A stretch of DNA of 64,000 nt from Octopus sinensis (lineage: Eukaryota), in assembly GCF_006345805.1 (NCBI RefSeq), contig NC_042998.1:190774001-190838000 (forward strand). The letters are read 5' to 3'. How positions within the stretch are numbered: the stretch's first letter is position 1; the number at the start of each line of letters is the position of its first letter. Shown one piece after another: positions 12,421 through 23,040 of this stretch. Made by a program: the position numbers and the translations under genes. A model generated the notes under the pieces. The model was not told where the DNA came from. It was given only the letters and a program-made list of their open reading frames with translations, and made no database searches.

Positions 12421-14809
12421 GTATCAGTTCGATGCTGATGTAGCTCTCTCATTCTCTAGATTTTACTCTTTGGAATTTAGCTGTGTCAAGAGTAAGAGGC
12501 CCGAATTAGTATCTATGTCTACCCGTGAGTATAGAGACAACGAAAACTATTACCAAAAGCATAGTATATGTTGCTCAGAGATACTCGTCCGCATCTGACT
12601 GCTGTCTGTATTCTTTTAAAAAAACTATAATAATTCCATTCACATATCAGTTGCTTCAGAGGAATATCAAATAGATTAAGAATAAATTTAACTTTGGTGG
12701 GATTGAAACAAAGTGAAGAACCTAACTGAGTACTGCTGGCATTTTAACCGAGCGATCTACCGACTCTTTCAATCCATTACTCTTCAAACTTGCATGTATT
12801 GTGACAATATGTCAGCTACTTCATACATCTTACAGCTAAAGATAATACTGATATATTATAAATGCACCACGCGCGATATTTTAAAAGGAGTAAAATATAA
12901 AAATATTTGTTTCTCAATGTTAGCAAAACCAAAATGTACATTCGGTTGGTTGGGATTTTATCGTTAAGAATAATAAGATATCAACGTTAATTCAGTTATA
13001 TCAGAGTAGATATAATTTTTAAAATAATCAATGAATGATACATGATATTGTAAGTATATTTAAGTAAAATTAAGATGGATTTATTTTGAAATAGCTTTTT
13101 AGCGTTATAGACTACTTTAGATTGAATAAAGTACTGGTACGGGGTAAATTTCCTTTTTAGACGTAAACGTACGTTAGAGAAGCAAACATATTTACATTAT
13201 TACTCCTCTGGTTATGTCATACACCGTGTCATTGTTTTCACAACTAGGATGTGGGGATAAAGAATATGAAAAAGAGTTGTAAGGATTTTGAGATAATTAA
13301 GAAATGTTTTAAGATTGCTATAATAAATAAACTTGAACACCAACTTCAAGGTTGATCGAACAAAGGAAGAATTATAACGTGTATGTAAAGGGTGATCACT
13401 TGAGCTTAAACTGCCGATGCTGATTTTTATGAGTGAATGGTTCATGCAACCATAAATGTTCCTTAAGTCCTCGGGACAACAGTCTAATGCAAACAATGAA
13501 TATATTAAAGATTCAATATCCAAGCTCAAAGTTTGAAGGGATTAAATTCTGAAATCTATTATTTTAAATAACTAACAACGAGAGAGCGCTTTGTGGTGAC
13601 TAATCTAAAAGAATCAGCTTTTAGATTAGATCAAATCTGCTTCGAATCGCATCTTATTCCCTTAGAGTGTGACCCATTGGATTATACGGTCCTGTGTGAA
13701 TTGTGCCTGAGAAAAAAAAAGGGGGATCCATTTTCTCTGAAGCGGAGACAACTATATCCGTAACAAGATATTTTCACAACGCCTCTGAGCTCGCTGCTAA
13801 AAGTCTTTCAAATAAATAATTACAGGTATTTCTGCATTATATATGATTCAGGTATTATGATTTAAGCTGTGTTCAATGCAAATATATACTGTTTAATTAA
13901 ATACGTATCCGACTCACGCATTATGTACAAATAAGGACAGACGTTTATATAACTTCTTGTTGAGTTACTGCTACACATAGCAAATTAAATTACTAGTACT
14001 ACGAAGAGATGAGATAATTACCTCCAAATTAGGCCTGTAAGAAGTTTCCCTGTTATTTCTTTATTTGTTTAAGAGAACATAACTATGCTTCCTTATCGTG
14101 AGTATTTTTACAACTTAATTACTTTTAACTAAATAGCTGTAGATATTTCTACCTTATACACACGCTTTTGACATTATAATTTAAACTGGTAACAATATAT
14201 ATGTAAGCAAATATTTAAACAGATATGCATATACACTTAAAAATAATCAACAAGAAATTATGAAGAAAATAGCAGGATTGCTCACAAAATAGGGAAGAAA
14301 TATTTTGTAATATTAGGAAATATTTCTGGCATGCAAGCCTTAGATGGCAGTGAATATATTGGTGGAATATGATTTCCGTTTGAGATGAAGTTAATGAAGA
14401 ATATCATTGATTAGCTTAGGCTAATTAACATGTAAATAGAGGGCAACTGTGAATATGAGAATAAACAGCTCCTGACTGAACCACGGGTGCTTATTGGCAA
14501 GACCTAGCACCCGGTAACCATCCGAGCTACGGTTACGATGAAATTGCAAGATGCAACATTGTAGGCGTGAACTGCTTCGGTTGATGAACTTATCAAGTCA
14601 ATGGCGAATATCACTGGATGTTGAGCGGGTGAGCGGTGAGCGAACTACTTCCATCATCTTTAGTCGTGATATGAGCAGATGTGACACTGAGCTACCGAAA
14701 AATCAATATGGCTTATTGAACCGGGCAACTCGCCTGACTGGATGATGAGTATGGATACTTATCTGAAAAGATTTTAGTAACATCAAACCAGCGAAGTATT
14801 CTATATATT

Positions 14810-15041
14810 AAAGGCGGCGAGCTGGCAGAAACGTTAGCATACCGGACGAAATACTTAGAGGTATTTCGTCGGCCGCTACGTTCTGAGTTCAAATTCCGCC
14901 GAGGTCGACTTTGTCTTTCATCCTTTCGGGGTCGATTAAATAAGTACCAGTTACGCACTGGGGTCGATATAATCGACTTAATCCGTGTGTCTGTTCTTGT
15001 TTGTCTCTGTGTTTAGCCCCTTATGTGTAGTAAAGAAATAG
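14810..15041 (+). mobile_element. Full-length tRNA-derived SINE, family A, long-tail subtype, with 14-bp TSD
   Basis: A box TGGCAGAAACG, B box GAGTTCAAATTCC, central GTCTTTCATCCTTTCGGGGTCGATTAAATAAGTACCAG (resembles the Deu/Nin SINE domain; inference). TSD GTATTCTATATATT at 14796-14809 and 15042-15055. Confidence 0.95.
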
Positions 15042-15321
15042 GTATTCTATATATTGACTTGGATAATATAGATTAAGGTGTATTATATCTGAAAATCAAA
15101 GGACAGGGTGCTAATTACCGTGCTTCTCAATCAAGGCCCACCTAAATACGGGAAAATAATGTTTAGTCTTAACACTATTTAAGCAGTGGTCAATGACGAC
15201 ACGGGGAAAAAACTGAGAATGACCTTTGATGATAATGGATCATGATTTTGACTATGATTTACACTGAAATCTATTATACGTTGAAGAAAATGAATCGAGA
15301 TTGATTTATATTAAAATGACG

Positions 15322-15760
15322 GGATCTTTTCGGTTTGAACGGCTGTTTTTAACATAATTTCTAGGTAACTAAAAAATTTTAAACTTCGTATGCTGTAGAA
15401 TGTATTTATAAAACATCTTTTTCTCTTGGCTTTATTGAGAAAATTCTATAGTTTGTAAGATATTTGTTGTTGTTTTTTCTTCAATTTCTACAATTTCAAC
15501 CAATCAATGACGTGTATTGAGGTTATAAACATTCTGTGCCGTATGAATATGTTCCTCGTTTAAGAAACAGATTGGGTTTATTTACATTTGTGAAGAAAAA
15601 AAAGATACCCTTCCCCCACCCCTAACCCCAACTAACCCTAACCCTAACCCTAACCCTAAAATAGATTGAAATGCAATAGATCGATACTGGGGTCATAATT
15701 ATGGTTGACAATTTCATATGACACCGTTAGAAAAAACTGCCGTTCAAACCGAAAAGATCC
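15322..15760. mobile_element. 439-bp MITE with ~29-bp TIRs, 8-bp TSD and internal (CCCTAA)n; Merlin-like
   Basis: Left TIR GGATCTTTTCGGTTTGAACGGCTGTTTTT; right TIR reverse complement GGATCTTTTCGGTTTGAACGGCAGTTTTT (1 mismatch). TSD AAATGACG at 15314-15321 and 15761-15768. 5'-GG termini with an 8-bp TSD fit the Merlin/IS1016 superfamily. CCCTAA repeats at ~15620-15659. Confidence 0.88.
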
Positions 15761-15924
15761 AAATGACGCGTCACTTGCCTGACTTTGGGAAATCATACCA
15801 GCGAAAAGTGTTAACCTCGGCGGATTTTGCACTCAGAGCATAAAGCCAGAAGAAATGTCACTAAGTATTTTATCCGATGCATCAACGATAATAATAATAA
15901 TAATCATAATAACAATAATAATAA

Positions 15925-16138
15925 TAATGGTTTCAAATTTTAGCACAAAGCCAGCTAGTTGACAGGAGGGGATAATCGATTACATCGACCCCCAATACTC
16001 AACTGGTAGTTATTTTATTGATCCCGAAAAGATGGCAGGCAAAGTCAACCCCGATGGCATTTGAAATCAGAACGTAAAGTCCGAAGAAATGTTAAGCATT
16101 TTGTCCGGCACAGTAACGATCCTGCCAGCTCGCAGCCT
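15925..16138 (-). mobile_element. SINE family A, short-tail subtype
   Basis: Head GCTGCGAGCTGGCAGGATCGTTAC at ~16135; tail ..AAAATTTGAAACC runs into (AAT)n at 15888-15927. Confidence 0.85.
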
Positions 16139-16139
16139 T

Positions 16140-16171
<32 letters not shown>

Positions 16172-16187
16172 CCTCAACAACAACAAT

Positions 16188-16248
<61 letters not shown>

Positions 16249-16251
16249 TTA

Positions 16252-16469
16252 ATAATTCCTTCTACTAAAGGCACAAGGCCTGAAATTTGGGACAGGGGGA
16301 TATTTGATTACATTGGCTCCAGTACTCAACTGGTACTTATTTTATCGACCCCGAAAAGATGAGAGTCAAAATCGACCTCGGCCAAATTTGAACTTACAAC
16401 GGGAAGACTCCAATTACCGCTAAGCATTTTGCCTGGCGTGCTAACGATTCTGCCAGCTCGCCGCCTTAA
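16252..16469 (-). mobile_element. SINE family A, short-tail subtype
   Basis: Head GGCGGCGAGCTGGCAGAATCGTTAGCACGCCAGG; tail GGCCTTGTGCCTTTAGTAGAAGG followed by (ATT)n. Confidence 0.9.
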
Positions 16470-16477
16470 TGATAGTA

Positions 16478-16698
16478 ATAGTTTCAAATTTTTCCACAAG
16501 GGTAACAATTTTAGAGGAGGGGATGAATCAATTATATCGACCTCAGTGTTTCACTGGTACTTATTTTATCGCCTGACTACGTAAGGATGAAAGGTAAAGT
16601 CGACCTCGGCGAAATTTGAACTCAGAACGTAACGGCAGGTGAAATACGGCTACGCATTTCACCCGGCGAGCTAACGTTCCTGCCAGCTCGTCGCTTTA
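16478..16698 (-). mobile_element. SINE family A
   Basis: Head GCGACGAGCTGGCAGGAACGTTAGC, B box GAGTTCAAATTTC; abuts an (AAT)n array. Confidence 0.85.
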
Positions 16699-16699
16699 G

Positions 16700-16940
<241 letters not shown>

Positions 16941-17434
16941 TGTTGATGTTGATGATTTTAAAAATCTTTTAATGTTTTGATCGTTAGTAATCAGTTAAAA
17001 TATGAATCAATTATATTGTTGATTAATTATGATGTTAATAAAGTAATGATGGCAATCATTTATGATGTTGCTCAATTTATTTAACCAATCCGCTGTAAGA
17101 TGGATTAAAACAACTTATCAAACTGTGATAATGCTGGTCTAATACAATACAAGCCGACAGTAATATTGCTGAAATATGACATTAATCAGTGATAATCGTT
17201 ATTAATTAAGATATTAGATGTTTGGTCAATAACGCTGGTCCTTATTGACATCGGGCAATAACAACAATTATCACCGAGGCTTCTGATTCAATTCTAGCAT
17301 CACTCAACCATAAAGACATCCTGCAATGACATTGTCCTGCAAGACAGTATTAATATCAAAGTGTTAATGATGCTGGTCAAATATGACAACCCGTTCGTGG
17401 CTATATCGTTTAGCGGTGATCTCTATCTAAGAGA

Positions 17435-17500
17435 TTACGTAAGACTGTGACGTCACAGACCAATACACATGCAAATCAAAGTTGACATGACAGACCCAAT
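17435..17500. promoter_or_regulatory. Candidate enhancer: cluster of bZIP, CRE, CCAAT and octamer motifs
   Basis: TTACGTAA (17435-17442), 14-bp palindrome CTGTGACGTCACAG (17445-17458), CCAAT (17460-17464), ATGCAAAT (17469-17476) and a second CCAAT near 17496, all in non-repeat DNA. Confidence 0.35.
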
Positions 17501-17576
17501 CTGTGTGTGACAATGAACGATCTGTAAGGACAAGTCGACCTCGGCAAAATAAGAGCATTTCTAATATTAAGACAAT

Positions 17577-17612
<36 letters not shown>

Positions 17613-17691
17613 TGTGTCTCTTTCTCATCTCATATATGTTATATACGTATATATGTGGATGTGTCTGTGTCTGTATACATACATACATACA

Positions 17692-17772
<81 letters not shown>

Positions 17773-18007
17773 GAAATAATTAAGATTCATTTGAATTAAG
17801 TACTTAAGTTGAGGCCCCCAAGTCGGTCTGCACAGGTCGGAGTTAGGTGGCACTGATACGTGGACATCCTTGTTCCTAATTTACTATCCACCTTATTATA
17901 ACCTTATTATCATTAATAACGCTAATAATACATCTTTTTATATATACGTACATACATACATACACATAATACTCACTCGAGTGTGTGTATATATATATAT
18001 TATATAT

Positions 18008-18170
18008 ATAAAATATTATTAGAGACAAAACCACTATTTTGCAAAACAAACAAGGAAAGACTTAATCAATACATAAAATTTTAATAAATAGTCAAAAAAA
18101 CCGCCACTACAATTGTTTCTTGTCTTGATCGACAATCTTCAGGTGGACTCCAATAAGTCAGTTTCAAATT
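18008..18170 (-). mobile_element. Short ORF-less element with hammerhead motif (Penelope pLTR- or retrozyme-like), embedded in microsatellites
   Basis: About 160 bp of unique sequence bounded by (TA)n on the left and (TACA)n/(TA)n on the right; contains the hammerhead at 18104-18146. Confidence 0.6.
18104..18146 (-). ncRNA. Minimal type I hammerhead ribozyme
   Basis: Minus strand CCAC-CTGAAGA-TTGTC-GATCAA-GACAA-GAA-ACAATTGT-A-GTGG: stem I CCAC/GTGG, complete core, 5-bp stem II, palindromic stem III, GUA cleavage triplet. Confidence 0.8.
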
Positions 18171-18211
18171 ATACATACATACATACATACATACATACAT
18201 ACATACATACA

Positions 18212-18247
<36 letters not shown>

Positions 18248-18290
18248 TATATATAATATATATATTATATTATATATATATATATAATAT

Positions 18291-18334
<44 letters not shown>

Positions 18335-18335
<1 letters not shown>

Positions 18336-18654
18336 GAGCCCTCCGTCTGTTACGACGACGAGGGTCCCAGCTGATACGATCAACGGAACAGCTTGCTCGT
18401 GAGATTAACGTGCAAGTGGCTGAGCACTCCACAGACACGTGTACTCCTAACGTAGTTCTCAGGGAGATTCAGCATGACACAGAATGTGTCAACGCCGGCC
18501 CTTTGGAATACAGGTACAACTCATTTTTGCCAGCTGTGTGGACTGGAGCAACGTGAAATAAAGTGTCTTGCTCAGGGACACAACGCGTCGCCGGGAATTG
18601 GACTCACGACTTCGTGAACTCACGCATTCGTGAGCCGAATGCCCGAACCACTAA

Positions 18655-18659
<5 letters not shown>
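18335..18659 (-). mobile_element. Near full-length tRNA-derived SINE, family C, inserted in (TA)n
   Basis: Minus head ATGGCTTAGTGGTTCGGGCATTCGGCTCACG..GAGTCCAATTCC, then TGTGTCCCTGAGCAAGACACTTTATTTCACGTTGCTCCAGTCCAC. (TA)n lies on both sides. Confidence 0.85.
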
Positions 18660-18695
<36 letters not shown>

Positions 18696-19269
18696 GGTCC
18701 TGAATAATGTGTCATTTGATTGTGTAGTTAAACACTATAGAATGAGCAAGCAAGCATTTATACAAATTTAATTTGTAATCATTGATGCATACATAGGACT
18801 TTGATCGAGCATACCCAGGACTTTGTTTTCAGCAGAATTTTTTTTATCCAGTAGCTCATTTCATTTTTTTGGGACAATAGTGCGTAATTTGAGGGAAATA
18901 GGACAGCTATTTCCAGCAGGTGTTGTGATCACGTAGAGGGTCTCTACAATTGACTTACTTCTGTAACTATGTTAATGAAACGATATACGCTGTCGTTCTT
19001 ATATCTGGAGATACTATAGAAACTGTTAAAAACTTTAAAAGAATTCACTGTACAATTAGCAATGATTAAGACAATTAGTTGAGGTAATTGATTGATAAGA
19101 AGTTTCATTATGTATGCATGGGAGCGTGTGAAAGTGTTCCTGAATGTATGTACCTATATGCAAGTATATGTCTATGTATCTATGCATGCATGTATGTATA
19201 CATACAACATACATGTATATACGCATATACTTACGTAATCATATATATGTACATACATACATACATACA

Positions 19270-19305
<36 letters not shown>

Positions 19306-19577
19306 TATACATACATATGTATATATATATATATATATATATGTGTGTATGTGTGTGTGTTTATTATGTATGTAGTATATATACAGGCATGTATAAATAT
19401 ATGCATATATCCATGAAATATAGATTCATATACGCATATAGAAACATATACACTGCATTGTGTCCAGTAATGTATAAGAAAGGATATCTGATAGCCTGGG
19501 TGAGAGAGCGATACATACATACATACATACATGCATACATACATACATACATACATACATACGTGCGTATCTACACG

Positions 19578-19609
<32 letters not shown>

Positions 19610-19655
19610 TAGGTATGCACACATAACACACACATATGTGTGGATGTGTGGATGC

Positions 19656-19698
<43 letters not shown>

Positions 19699-20109
19699 GT
19701 AATAAATTTATATAATTTGGTGCTTGTGTTTGTCATATTATGGACTTAGCAAGGTCGAAATCGCTTAGAAATTAGTTTTGTAATCACGCGACTTCAGGTT
19801 CAGTCCCACGAGATGGCATTTTCGGCCAGGGCATTTTACATTGGTTTTGATTTCTAGCAAAATTCAAATATATATATACAGTTGTAGTTTCGTTTTAAAT
19901 CGTGGGCTTACTGGGCAGTTTTCCGGGAGACTCACAAGTCTAGGACTCAGGTATTATTTAGGTATGGGCCAAGAGCATTGATATATTTATGAAATTCTGT
20001 CTTTTTGTAATTAATTGCTAAATGATAGTTTGTGTACATCAATTGTTATTCATCAATTTTATCTTCATTTTCTGTTTTCCTTATATATATATACACATAT
20101 ATATATATA

Positions 20110-20328
20110 TAAATATAGTTAATCCAAACATGAAAATACTAAGAGAAAACACAACAACGCGAGGACGTGGAATAAATATAGTATTATTGGACGCTCAGGA
20201 AGGAAGGGAAGAAGGAGTGTTTAACGTTTCGAGCGGAGCTCTTCGTCAGAAACATAGGAGAAGGAAAGATCCAAAGAAGGGAAGACAGAGGAAAAAGAAA
20301 TCGCCAACGGTACACATGCGGTCACATT

Positions 20329-20330
<2 letters not shown>
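20110..20330 (-). mobile_element. Short ORF-less element with hammerhead motif (Penelope pLTR- or retrozyme-like), inserted in (TA)n
   Basis: About 220 bp of unique sequence flanked by (TA)n on both sides; contains the hammerhead at 20218-20254. Confidence 0.6.
20218..20254 (-). ncRNA. Minimal type I hammerhead ribozyme
   Basis: Minus strand TGTTT-CTGACGA-A-GAGC-TCC-GCTC-GAA-ACGT-T-AAACA: 5-bp stem I, complete core with one extra A, 4-bp stem II, palindromic ACGT stem III, GUU triplet. Confidence 0.75.
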
Positions 20331-20370
<40 letters not shown>

Positions 20371-20523
20371 ATACATGTACACACGCACTTATATTTGTGC
20401 TTACCCACACACATATATGTACATATATGAATGTTAAATATTTATCTGTGTGTCTGTATGCTTGTCTGTATGTCCGGCCATGCATGCATCCATCCGTGCG
20501 TCCGTCCGTCCATTCATCCTTCC

Positions 20524-20609
<86 letters not shown>

Positions 20610-20924
20610 ATGTATATGCATCTTCATTTAAAAACAGAAAGCAAGCCTTAACTCATAAACGTCTCTGCAATGGGTGATCACATGATTGTGTCCCCTTTGC
20701 ACGTCTGGTACCAGACGAACAAACAAATACGACATAAAGGCAAAGAAAGGATGTACTAGTTGGCTTTTTGTCTGCTAGAAATAGCAACAAAATCTCCCTC
20801 AAAACTCGCAACACAGTGTCTTAGAGATACATAATTGTACAATTTGGTTCGAAATTTATCATATAACAAAATGTGACGAGATAGTTATGACAAGAACCTC
20901 TTTGGGAATACGCATATATATATG

Positions 20925-20963
<39 letters not shown>

Positions 20964-21318
20964 TATATATATATATTGATGTGGCTGAATTAAGGCGAAA
21001 CAACAACAATAGCAACAACAAATACGACAAATTGATGACAACGGAGATATCGATATGGTATAGAATTTTCGATTATTGGTAAAGGGGTAATGTAGAGGTG
21101 GGGTGGGTATCTCCAATGACGATTATTTACTGCCCTCCTCTGACAGTTCCGTACTTTGCTCATGGGACACGGAACCAATAGTTCTCATCTGTCTCAATGT
21201 TTGTGACAAAGTCTAAAATACACCGCTTTCTGTACATTTAAACAGTTTACATATATGTAGACATACATACTTTTGTTAACAGACACACATACACATAGAC
21301 TATCTTCTCACACACATC

Positions 21319-21363
<45 letters not shown>

Positions 21364-21554
21364 CCATGCACTCATATAAAATGTAACTCATTTCGTTCGA
21401 CTTGTACGAAGCCAACGTGTCGTGAAGTGAACAGGTGTATAGTCAGTCATTCCAATCAAAACTTACTATTTTGCAAGAACGTATGTATAGCGACGTTCGA
21501 TCAGACGAGGATCCAATTCAATCACTTTTAATAGCGAAATATCAATAGCAATGC

Positions 21555-21860
21555 ATACATACACACATACATACATACATACATACATACATACATACAT
21601 ACATACATGCATGCATAATACATACATAATACATACATACATACATACATAATACATACATACGTACATAGATAATACATACATAATACATACATACTAC
21701 ATACGTACGTACATACATACACACATAGATACATGTATACATACATATATACATACATATACATACATACATACATACATACATAATACATAATACATAC
21801 ATACATACATACATAATACATAATACATACATACATACATAATACATATACGAACATACA
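21555..21860. repeat. (TACA)n/(TACATAA) compound microsatellite
   Basis: Directly visible. Confidence 0.95.
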
Positions 21861-22359
21861 TACATGATATATATATATATACATAGAGAGAGAGAGAGAG
21901 AGAAAGAGAGAGATACATATATATATATATGTATATGTATGTATGTATGCTTTATATAAGCATATAAAACGAAAAAGTGTAGCTACAAATTCGTTGATTC
22001 ATTTAACAAAGCGATAATAGTGAATCCATGCATAGCATTTCATTACAGAATGTATGGAGATGTGTGTGTAAGTGTGTGTGTGAGTACAAATAACGACAGC
22101 TATATAACTATATATATATACATACATACGCAATTATATATATTTATCTGTATGTATACAGCAACATGTGTATGCGCACCTTGGTGTGTGTGTGTGTGTG
22201 TCTGTGGTTAGGGAGTGGGGCAGGTATTATAATGTTACATACACAAATATTTATATTAACTCACACTGAATATCGATCGGAAGCGAACACGTTCAAACCG
22301 CTGGAACTGTCCGCCCACGAAAACATTCCGGATCCCTTTCTCTTCTTTTCGAGTGTCTG

Positions 22360-22459
22360 NNNNNNNNNNNNNNNNNNNNNNNNNNNNNNNNNNNNNNNNN
22401 NNNNNNNNNNNNNNNNNNNNNNNNNNNNNNNNNNNNNNNNNNNNNNNNNNNNNNNNNNN
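22360..22459. other. Assembly gap (100 N)
   Basis: Run of exactly 100 N, typical of a scaffolding spacer of unknown length. Confidence 1.
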
Positions 22460-22512
22460 CCAGAACCATGTGGTTGGTAAGCAAGCTACTTACCACACAG
22501 CCACTCCTGCAC
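22460..22512 (-). mobile_element. SINE family B head, cut by the gap
   Basis: CCAGAACCATGTGGTTGGTAAGCAAGCTACTTACCACACAGCCACTCCTGCACC matches the head of 34266-34638. Confidence 0.85.
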
Positions 22513-22821
22513 CTTTTCCTTTCCATTTCCTTTCCAATTTATAAGGGCAGTAAATATGTGATTTGAAGAAAATTTGAATACTTATTTCTAGCTTGCCACA
22601 CGATTAGATGGATGCCTCTTCATTGGTTTAGTCTACACGTGGCTGTACAGTGTGTTTGGTGGATGAAGATTTGCCAATGCGGAAAGGTCATTCTTTAGAT
22701 GTTGTCTATAACAGCGATGAGCAGCCATTTTAGTTAGGCCTGCTGACATCTTAATTGCTTTGATAATCTTATTATTGGAATGTAATGGACGTGTGTAAAG
22801 TGAATTTAGTATTAGGTGAAT

Positions 22822-23040
22822 TTAGGTGGCGAGTTGGCAGAATAGTTAGCACACCAGGGAAGCTGCTTAGCAGTCTTTTGCCCGTTTCTACGTTCTGGGT
22901 TCAAATTCAGCCATGGTAGATTTTTGCCTTTCATCGTTTCATGGTCGAAGAAATAAGTACTAGCTGAGTAATGGGGTCAATGTAATCGACTTGCCCCCGA
23001 CCCCCGAACTTACTGGCCTTTGCCAAAATTTGAAACCGAT
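22822..23040 (+). mobile_element. Diverged SINE family A
   Basis: GGTGGCGAGTTGGCAGAATAGTTAGCACACC..GGGTTCAAATTC..GCCTTTCATCG..AATAAGTACTAG..GGCCTTTGCCAAAATTTGAAACC. Confidence 0.8.

Noticed and set aside
14810-14900. SINE heads as tRNA genes (here and at other copies)
   Set aside because: They have A and B boxes but no cloverleaf or acceptor stem, and they continue into SINE body sequence.
15620-15659. (CCCTAA)n as a chromosome end or fusion scar
   Set aside because: Only ~40 bp long and enclosed within MITE TIRs and TSDs.
21467-21524. Minus-strand 58-nt exon-like segment (IELDPRLIERRYTYVLAK)
   Set aside because: Weak AAG acceptor without a pyrimidine tract, phase incompatible with the other minus-strand candidates, and no family recognised.
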